Origin: Naegleria gruberi
Taxonomy: Eukaryota
Reading direction: 5' to 3' (one strand)
Length of the DNA stretch: 23,652 nt
NCBI GenBank assembly: GCA_000004985.1
Contig: GG738952.1
A program made the position numbers and the translations under genes. Shown here one piece after another: positions 1-7,721 of the stretch. The notes beneath the pieces are model-generated. The model was not told where the DNA came from and did not search any database. It saw only the letters and a program-made list of their open reading frames with translations. Every line of letters starts with the position of its first letter. The stretch's first letter is position 1.

Positions 1-1
1 T

Positions 2-385
2 TTGGACAGATTTGGCATTATTGATATCAACAACAATGCAAGATCAGTTTTGATGAACAAGACAAGAAGTTCTTCTCCTGGAAATCATGTTAGAAAGGGA
101 ACTTCATGTCCAGCTGGTTATGTTGCTCTGGAAAAGTTTAGAAATGCTGATGGTGCCTTTGGTGTTCGTGTCAATATTTATAATGCCAATGGGAGTGTAT
201 GGAAGACTTATTTCCAAACTCAAATGCTCAATTCTGGATGTGTTGATGTTCCGTATAAGAAGGTTATGCTTTTGGATCCATTTGTTTCATGGAGTGATGA
301 CAATTTAAAGTTTACTGCTTGTGCTATGTGTACTCCTGCTGTTAGTGGTGGAAATAATTTGAGTTGTAATTGCCCTACTTTCTAA
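2..385 (+). CDS. hypothetical Cys-containing protein, C-terminal part (5' end lies outside the window)
   Basis: Frame is open from the window edge to TAA at 383-385 (127 codons). Seven Cys, beta-rich composition. No family recognised by eye. Confidence 0.35.
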   Translation: MDRFGIIDINNNARSVLMNKTRSSSPGNHVRKGTSCPAGYVALEKFRNADGAFGVRVNIYNANGSVWKTYFQTQMLNSGCVDVPYKKVMLLDPFVSWSDDNLKFTACAMCTPAVSGGNNLSCNCPTF

Positions 386-710
386 TTGTTTATAGAAAGG
401 GTCATTATTGAATTTAATAAAATTATGTAGAATAATGATATTTCGAAAAGAAAATATGTTAACTTAAGAAACGACCAAGGTACGGCAGAAAATAGGAACG
501 GGAATAGGTATGCAAACAAGGCATGGATATTTTTACAATTTTTACAAGAAATAAATAAACAATATGAATTTTAAATTAATCGTAATATTATAGAATGAGT
601 CCTTTATTACATAAATTTAATTTTTTACCTGAAAAGGTTGAACAACTATCGAATAAATATATTATTATTTCAATATTAAATTTTTTTATTGTAAAAGAAT
701 TTCAAAATTT

Positions 711-3074
711 TTAAAATTTATAATAATTCATGATTAACATAAATTGATTCAAGTAAAACTTGGAATCAATGTAAACAACTTGGCATCTAGCATTGATATC
801 TTTCCAATCAACGTTTAAATTGGAAGATTTCACTCTATTCAATTTTCTGAATTGACATACTTGGTGATAATCATTTGTAACAATCCACACTTTTCCAAAT
901 TTAACTGTATCTTTTGTATGTGATTGAATACATCCTATGTATAATTTTCCTTCTTGTTTAAACATTAAGTATTGATTTGGAGCAATTGCTTTAAACCATT
1001 GTTTTGATTTCTTTCGTAACCAAGGATATTTAGCATTAAGACTGACATGTAACTTTTCAAATGCTGCACCCCGCTTTTCAACATCCTTATGATTCGATCC
1101 ATCATTAAACTTTTTAAAAAGTTTGTGTTTCAATTCGAATAATAAAGCCCAAAAGTATCTAGGACTTCCCCATTCTTGACAATCTTCAAATAAATGAGTT
1201 ACCCAATGGAAATTAACATTATGACATTTGTTTGGATATAATTCAACATAATGTTCTCTGAATTGGAGGAAAATAGATTTGGATTTTTCAATAGAAAGAA
1301 TTGTTACCTCATTTCTTAATAACATACTAGTCCATGCAATATGTTCTACCCAACAAACAACATGTCTAGTTCTTTTTTCTTGTGAAATATGTTTCAATTC
1401 CTTATTTGAATAAATTAACTTGTAAATTATTGGAATACTATAAAAACCAAATTCTAAAAATTCGTCAGCTGAACAATTCAAATAATTTGATGCTCTCATT
1501 CTAATTGATTCTCCAGAACTTAAATAAAACTCATCTATAATATCCTGAAAATCAGAAAATAATCTTGGGTATGAAAAATATTCTATTAATGCAGTCAAAT
1601 GTCTTCTTAATTCACCTTGAACAAACACATGCATAAAGTCAACTGTTGAATTCTTAAATACGTCATGATTTCTTAGCTTATACAATGGGTTATCTTGTTT
1701 TTCAAGTGTAACACCATTTTTTTTCATTTGAGTGAGCTTTCTTTGTACAGTATTGTAATCAAATTTTGAATCAATTAATTCAATTTCTTGTTTTGATAAT
1801 AATTTAAACCCTTTTCTTTCCTTTTTAGGTGTTGTTTCAATACTTTCATGAATTGAAACAGCTTCATCTACAGTTCTAATGCTAAATGTATGTTCTAAAA
1901 CTGGTTCATCTTCCATATTATCAGTTTCTTGATTTTCTTCATCTTGATCATCTTCTTTTCCTGTTTCTGGATTGAAATAATTACATTCTTCATCAATATC
2001 ATTTGGATTGTGCGTTTGGAGATCAGTTTCAACTTGCAATTCTTGTTCTGTTTCCGTTTCATGTTCTTTACAGGGCTTTGGTATAAATTGTTTCAAATTT
2101 AAAGACGGATTCTTGAAACAGAACTCATTGTATGAATCAATTAATTCATCTGGAGTTGAGCTGTACATATTTTTTGGACAATGACATCTGGAGCAAAGAT
2201 ATTGTTCCATGAATAAAGTAAACCATCTTTGAACTGAATCCCAAATCCAAGGACCTAATACGTATTGAAGAGATACTTCTTTTTGTAAACCTGAATGTTT
2301 CACAATAAATGTTTTCCCTTCAATTTCATTATATTCATTAACAAACATTTCCAACATTTTAAATAAACCCTTAATATTTCTACATTTCCCAAGTAATGAA
2401 ATGGATTCCATTGAGCTTGTCATAAAATTATGTTCAAAGTTGAATAAAGTAAAATAAAATCCAGTAACTTGACTTGTACCTGTTCTATTCTTTTGATATT
2501 CATCTAAATATGGAGCAAATACAATAGGAGTTGAATCAATCTTGTTGGCAATCTTCATGAAACCATTTGTTTTGAATGGTTGTTGTTCTCTATTGAAGTT
2601 AAGAGCTCCATCTTTAGTATAAATATTATTAGAAATAAAAGGATCTGCAAGCAGATTGTTGATAGTTTCCCTTAAACTATAATAAACAAAATCATTATCA
2701 TCTAGTGGTGAAATAGGTTTTTGAAAATCAATAGGTTTTCTACAAATAGAATCATAAGAAGGAATATTAATATCCTTTAAAGCAAATATCTCAACAACTC
2801 TTTCATACTGAACTTTTGACAATCTGTCATTTTTAACTAACATGAACAGACTCCATTCAAATTCATCTTTGAAAGGAGCATATTTTGATTCGAATCTATT
2901 ATGAATATGTTCAATTTCAATATTATTTTCAATTTGTTTTGATTCAATTATTGAACTACAATCAAATAAATCTCCAATAACTTTCTTATATGATTCTTCT
3001 AATTCATCACCAACTTCCTTAACTGATTTATCACTATTGNGCTCAAATATTAATGTTTTTGAATTTTTGCTCAT
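711..3074 (-). CDS. CACTA/EnSpm TNP2-like (or related KDZ-type) DNA-transposon transposase; N-terminus runs into assembly gap
   Basis: Continuous minus-strand ORF of 788 codons from ATG (rc of 3072-3074, directly at the gap edge) to TAA (rc of 711-713). C-terminal motif HWVTHLFEDCQEWGSPRYFWALLFELKHKLFKK (coded about 1049-1154) fits the DUF4218/Transposase_21 signature HL.xE....GP.....W...FER....LK of TNP2-family transposases. The true start may lie inside gap 3077-3989. Confidence 0.55.
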   Translation of the reverse strand: MSKNSKTLIFEXNSDKSVKEVGDELEESYKKVIGDLFDCSSIIESKQIENNIEIEHIHNRFESKYAPFKDEFEWSLFMLVKNDRLSKVQYERVVEIFALKDINIPSYDSICRKPIDFQKPISPLDDNDFVYYSLRETINNLLADPFISNNIYTKDGALNFNREQQPFKTNGFMKIANKIDSTPIVFAPYLDEYQKNRTGTSQVTGFYFTLFNFEHNFMTSSMESISLLGKCRNIKGLFKMLEMFVNEYNEIEGKTFIVKHSGLQKEVSLQYVLGPWIWDSVQRWFTLFMEQYLCSRCHCPKNMYSSTPDELIDSYNEFCFKNPSLNLKQFIPKPCKEHETETEQELQVETDLQTHNPNDIDEECNYFNPETGKEDDQDEENQETDNMEDEPVLEHTFSIRTVDEAVSIHESIETTPKKERKGFKLLSKQEIELIDSKFDYNTVQRKLTQMKKNGVTLEKQDNPLYKLRNHDVFKNSTVDFMHVFVQGELRRHLTALIEYFSYPRLFSDFQDIIDEFYLSSGESIRMRASNYLNCSADEFLEFGFYSIPIIYKLIYSNKELKHISQEKRTRHVVCWVEHIAWTSMLLRNEVTILSIEKSKSIFLQFREHYVELYPNKCHNVNFHWVTHLFEDCQEWGSPRYFWALLFELKHKLFKKFNDGSNHKDVEKRGAAFEKLHVSLNAKYPWLRKKSKQWFKAIAPNQYLMFKQEGKLYIGCIQSHTKDTVKFGKVWIVTNDYHQVCQFRKLNRVKSSNLNVDWKDINARCQVVYIDSKFYLNQFMLIMNYYKF

Positions 3075-3076
3075 TT

Positions 3077-3989
3077 NNNNNNNNNNNNNNNNNNNNNNNN
3101 NNNNNNNNNNNNNNNNNNNNNNNNNNNNNNNNNNNNNNNNNNNNNNNNNNNNNNNNNNNNNNNNNNNNNNNNNNNNNNNNNNNNNNNNNNNNNNNNNNNN
3201 NNNNNNNNNNNNNNNNNNNNNNNNNNNNNNNNNNNNNNNNNNNNNNNNNNNNNNNNNNNNNNNNNNNNNNNNNNNNNNNNNNNNNNNNNNNNNNNNNNNN
3301 NNNNNNNNNNNNNNNNNNNNNNNNNNNNNNNNNNNNNNNNNNNNNNNNNNNNNNNNNNNNNNNNNNNNNNNNNNNNNNNNNNNNNNNNNNNNNNNNNNNN
3401 NNNNNNNNNNNNNNNNNNNNNNNNNNNNNNNNNNNNNNNNNNNNNNNNNNNNNNNNNNNNNNNNNNNNNNNNNNNNNNNNNNNNNNNNNNNNNNNNNNNN
3501 NNNNNNNNNNNNNNNNNNNNNNNNNNNNNNNNNNNNNNNNNNNNNNNNNNNNNNNNNNNNNNNNNNNNNNNNNNNNNNNNNNNNNNNNNNNNNNNNNNNN
3601 NNNNNNNNNNNNNNNNNNNNNNNNNNNNNNNNNNNNNNNNNNNNNNNNNNNNNNNNNNNNNNNNNNNNNNNNNNNNNNNNNNNNNNNNNNNNNNNNNNNN
3701 NNNNNNNNNNNNNNNNNNNNNNNNNNNNNNNNNNNNNNNNNNNNNNNNNNNNNNNNNNNNNNNNNNNNNNNNNNNNNNNNNNNNNNNNNNNNNNNNNNNN
3801 NNNNNNNNNNNNNNNNNNNNNNNNNNNNNNNNNNNNNNNNNNNNNNNNNNNNNNNNNNNNNNNNNNNNNNNNNNNNNNNNNNNNNNNNNNNNNNNNNNNN
3901 NNNNNNNNNNNNNNNNNNNNNNNNNNNNNNNNNNNNNNNNNNNNNNNNNNNNNNNNNNNNNNNNNNNNNNNNNNNNNNNNNNNNNNNNN
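3077..3989. other. assembly gap (poly-N, 913 nt); isolated N also at 3040
   Basis: Run of n characters. Confidence 0.99.
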
Positions 3990-3991
3990 AG

Positions 3992-4810
3992 AGGAGATGG
4001 CCATTCAAAATTATTCGAAAGGAGGATGGAACTATTCGATTGGGTGTTATTAATGGTGAATTATCGATATCTGAAATGATTGGATTGATTTTGAAAGAAT
4101 TGAAGCAAGATGCTGAAAGATATTTGAATACTTTAGTTACAGAGATTATTGTGTCAATTCCAAATTATTATTCGAATTGTCAGAGAATTATAATGAAAAA
4201 AGCTGGCGAGTATGCTGGCCTAAAAATTGCAAGATTCATACATGACACCTCTGCATCTTGTTTCCAATATCTTTGGAAGGAACATGGAGAGAGGAGGGTT
4301 TTCCTATTTGACTTGGGAAGGAGTGGATGTTCTGCATCGATAATGATTGTAGAAAGTGACATTTTTGAGACTAGAACGAGTGAAGGATTCTCTAATGTTG
4401 GAGGATCATTATTGGACGAAAGTCTGGTTAATTATTGTTGTGAACAATTTTACAAATCATTCAAAAAACATTTACAAGAAAATCCAATTTCAATGAGGAG
4501 ACTGAATTTGGCATGTGAAGAAGCAAAGAAGAGACTTTCGAATGAATTAGAAACAAAAATCAGTCTTGAATCTCTTATGGATGGAAATGAGTTTGAGATT
4601 ACAATAAGTAGATCACTTTTTGAAGAATTGAATATTGAGTTTTTTAGAAAATGCATGAATTTAGTGACAAGAGTTCACACAAGATCATTAATTACAAAGC
4701 AAGAGATTGATCATGTGATTTTTGTTGGTGGAGGAGGTGAAATTCCAAAACTAAAAGAGCTAATATCTAACTATTTCGGTAAAACTCTCTATCCTAAACC
4801 TCTTTTACCA
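3992..4810 (+). CDS. Hsp70-family nucleotide-binding-domain-like protein, internal fragment bounded by two gaps
   Basis: Translation RRWPFKII...YLNTLVTEIIVSIPNYYSNCQRIIMKKAGEYAGLKIARFIHDTSAS...FDLGRSGCSASIMIV...VGGSLLDE...RRLNLACEEAKKRLS...IFVGGGGEIPKLKELISNYF is colinear with Hsp70 motifs (HWPFKVV, VPAYFNDSQRQATKDAG, DLGGGTFDVS, RLRTACERAKRTLS, LVGGSTRIPKVQ). It is strongly diverged. The frame hits TGA at 4871-4873 just after the 50-N gap. Confidence 0.6.
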
Positions 4811-4860
4811 NNNNNNNNNNNNNNNNNNNNNNNNNNNNNNNNNNNNNNNNNNNNNNNNNN
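4811..4860. other. assembly gap (50 N)
   Basis: Run of n characters. Confidence 0.99.
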
Positions 4861-4862
4861 TA

Positions 4863-5680
4863 GTGGTGGCTGATACTACTTTAAATTTAGCCAACACGGC
4901 TCCTCCACAGCCAAAGCGCACTCGTAAAAAGAAGGCCGATATTAAGAAGAGCATGGTGAATGCTAATGCATCAACAACATTCAAAGCTGCATTGAATGTT
5001 GTTGTGCAACATGCATCTGCATCATCAAATGTTGCTCACAAGCAGACTTCTGCAAGCACCACCACAACAGGTAAAGCAACATCTAAAAATTCAAATCGTA
5101 GGAAAAGAGCAAAGAAACAAGCACCTCCACAACAACCAGAATCAACTCCACCATCTGTGTCCAATAATAATAATGATGGCACAAGCATGAATGCTCTCCT
5201 TTTGGATGAGAACAGAAAGAGAGATATTATTCATTTTGTCACATCTACTTTGGATGTGCCAAGAAAGATGGATACCAAGAAACTTCTCAAAATGGTTCAC
5301 AAAAGATTCAAGTTGAATTATTCACAATTGAGTCCTCAAATGTTGGTTTATCAAATTTTACATCCCACTTTATTTTTCTATCAGACCCTTGAAAAGGAAA
5401 CTCTTGAGGGTGGTTCTGTAAAGAAGGTTTTCACTCTTCATTATGATCCAGACAGAATTTACAAATTACCAAATTTGAAGAAGAGAAAATATAGACATGT
5501 TTGGAGATTTAATAATGTCAAATCTGGAAAGAGACCTTTGGGGGATGGAATGAAATTCCAAAAACCATTGGAAGCTTATGAACTTCCTGATAAGATTAAG
5601 AATGTTTTGGATAATAAGAAAATATTGGAAAAACATGCAATGAATGCTCAACTCAAGAATGAATTGTCTGGTGAATTGAA
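4863..5680 (+). CDS. basic Ser/Thr-rich protein with NLS-like tracts; open into gaps at both ends
   Basis: Frame is open from gap edge 4861 to gap 5681 (272 codons). The first in-frame ATG is at 4953. KRTRKKKADIKK and RRKRAKK motifs. Could be a separate gene or the continuation of the Hsp70-like gene across the 50-N gap. Weak DEK-C-like stretch (DIIHFVTSTLDVPRKMDTKKLLKMVHKRF) is recall only. Confidence 0.35.
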
Positions 5681-6268
5681 NNNNNNNNNNNNNNNNNNNN
5701 NNNNNNNNNNNNNNNNNNNNNNNNNNNNNNNNNNNNNNNNNNNNNNNNNNNNNNNNNNNNNNNNNNNNNNNNNNNNNNNNNNNNNNNNNNNNNNNNNNNN
5801 NNNNNNNNNNNNNNNNNNNNNNNNNNNNNNNNNNNNNNNNNNNNNNNNNNNNNNNNNNNNNNNNNNNNNNNNNNNNNNNNNNNNNNNNNNNNNNNNNNNN
5901 NNNNNNNNNNNNNNNNNNNNNNNNNNNNNNNNNNNNNNNNNNNNNNNNNNNNNNNNNNNNNNNNNNNNNNNNNNNNNNNNNNNNNNNNNNNNNNNNNNNN
6001 NNNNNNNNNNNNNNNNNNNNNNNNNNNNNNNNNNNNNNNNNNNNNNNNNNNNNNNNNNNNNNNNNNNNNNNNNNNNNNNNNNNNNNNNNNNNNNNNNNNN
6101 NNNNNNNNNNNNNNNNNNNNNNNNNNNNNNNNNNNNNNNNNNNNNNNNNNNNNNNNNNNNNNNNNNNNNNNNNNNNNNNNNNNNNNNNNNNNNNNNNNNN
6201 NNNNNNNNNNNNNNNNNNNNNNNNNNNNNNNNNNNNNNNNNNNNNNNNNNNNNNNNNNNNNNNNNNNN
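5681..6268. other. assembly gap (588 N)
   Basis: Run of n characters. Confidence 0.99.
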
Positions 6269-6603
6269 TCTCTGGAATTAAGAGATATGAATAAAACATG
6301 TAATACGTATGACATGTGTGGTTGGTAATTTCTATTCCTTCAAATTCTTCCTAATATTCTTCCATTTTACATTAGATACACCAAGCTACTCCAATCTGAT
6401 ATTGAAAATGAGTAAGAAGAGTATGGCGAGTTAGTACCATGAATGTTACATGTGACCACGCATGTCATGGGAGATACAAATGTTGTATACTTGTCTTGTT
6501 GACTCAAACATGTGTGTTGGTGTATCACATGCGTCGTTTTTGTTTGTTTATAACAGATCAATAGCAAACACTTTATGCACCAAGTAATTTAATTAGACAA
6601 ACT

Positions 6604-7299
6604 TTGAGACAACTACACACTACATGCACTGAAAAACTTGATTATGATGTAGAGCATCATGAAAGAGCTGATGTTAGAGAGGAAGCAAAGGTCTTAAAAG
6701 AAGCATGTGAAGCATTTCTTTTAAGTAAATACGACTATTTAATTGCATACGAATATCATCTTCCTTCTCATTACAAAGGAGATGTAATTCTTGCTAAACT
6801 TCGTAATGATGGAAAGATTGATATTTTGGCATTGGAAGCAAAGCATATTAACTATTCACCAGATGTGGTTTGGAGAAATCAAAAACGAAAACTTCAAAAA
6901 CTCAGAGAACAAGTTACGAGATGTGGCAACAATGCCTCTCACTATTTGACTGAAATTCTTGAATGGGATACAGATTCGATTGGTACAATCAAACCATTTG
7001 GAGTTTACAATGGCCAAAATGGAGAGCTCAGAGATCACACAAAGGATCTCATTGAACCAGAACATTTTGAGCAAACAACAAGATTGGATTCAGAAGTACC
7101 TGTAACAAGCACTACTACTAACCAAGGAAATGGCTCATTCTGGGGAGCACTTGCTGTTGTTGGGGCAGTTTCTTTAGGAGCCATGTATGTAGCTACCAAT
7201 AATAATAACCCTCCCAATCAACAACAACAACAAATTCAACAACAAGGAAGAAGAAACAATGAAAATGAAGAAAGCCAACAAGAATGCTTAATTATGTAA
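6604..7299 (+). CDS. tail-anchored hypothetical protein with PD-(D/E)xK-like motif; 5' end/start codon unresolved
   Basis: 231-codon open frame ending TAA 7297-7299. The ORF-track start is TTG. No in-frame ATG before codon about 198, so an upstream exon is likely. E...GD...EAK arrangement (EEAKVLKEACEAF / HYKGDVILAKL / KIDILALEAKH). Single hydrophobic helix FWGALAVVGAVSLGAMYVA near the C-terminus, followed by an N/Q-rich tail. Confidence 0.4.
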   Translation: MRQLHTTCTEKLDYDVEHHERADVREEAKVLKEACEAFLLSKYDYLIAYEYHLPSHYKGDVILAKLRNDGKIDILALEAKHINYSPDVVWRNQKRKLQKLREQVTRCGNNASHYLTEILEWDTDSIGTIKPFGVYNGQNGELRDHTKDLIEPEHFEQTTRLDSEVPVTSTTTNQGNGSFWGALAVVGAVSLGAMYVATNNNNPPNQQQQQIQQQGRRNNENEESQQECLIM

Positions 7300-7721
7300 T
7301 TTAGATACCATTTTAAATAAAACAGTAAGACATTCGTTTATTTGAGAGGATAAGTAGCTTTCATCATCTGATTCAATTTTTACTTCACAGCTTTAAGAAT
7401 GTAAAGTATTTGTCATAATTTAGTCTTTTCCTCTGTATTCAAAACGCACCATTGAGAGAAAATGGAAGCTGAGTCATTACCAAGTATTGTTGTTTATTGA
7501 GGTGGAGAGAGAGTACAGTCCCGTCTCGAATAGTAAAAGGTCAATGACAATGCATCACATAAATTATTATAATTATTTTCATGTCTCAATCTCAAAAGTC
7601 CTGTGAAAGCTTTAAGATTTCTTGCCAAAATTTTTCAGGTAATTTGGAAATTCTATTTTGATCTATGAAGAGTTGTTTTCTGTTGACAATGCTAAACTTG
7701 AGAATCTCTCTCAAAAATTGC

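Noticed and set aside
87-308. Overlapping alternative-frame and antisense small ORFs inside confident genes (87-308, 4180-4362, 4450-4656, 4996-5190, 6856-7074, 7035-7217, 8035-8241, 8311-8523, 12575-12778, 13097-13285, 13671-13985, 13793-14047, 14831-15013, 14851-15036, 16437-16622, 16543-16821)
   Set aside because: They are short, have no recognisable similarity, and are embedded in or antisense to ORFs with clear homology. They are typical of AT-rich sequence.
386-710. CACTA-type terminal inverted repeat downstream of the TNP2-like gene
   Set aside because: No CACTA/TAGTG strings or subterminal repeats are visible in the 325-bp AT-rich spacer. Element boundaries cannot be set from this window.
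3037-4053. Long ORFs on both strands running through poly-N (3037-4053 +, 3043-4008 -, 5466-6299 -, 5653-6315 -, 17601-19085 -, 17629-19068 +, 21345-21878 +, 21409-21774 +, 21423-21767 -)
   Set aside because: They consist almost entirely of X from translated gap filler. Only the flanking real sequence was interpreted.
6367-6567. 66-codon minus-strand ORF in the 6269-6603 spacer
   Set aside because: It has low-complexity composition and no start context. The region more likely holds the 5' exon and intron of the 6604-7299 gene.
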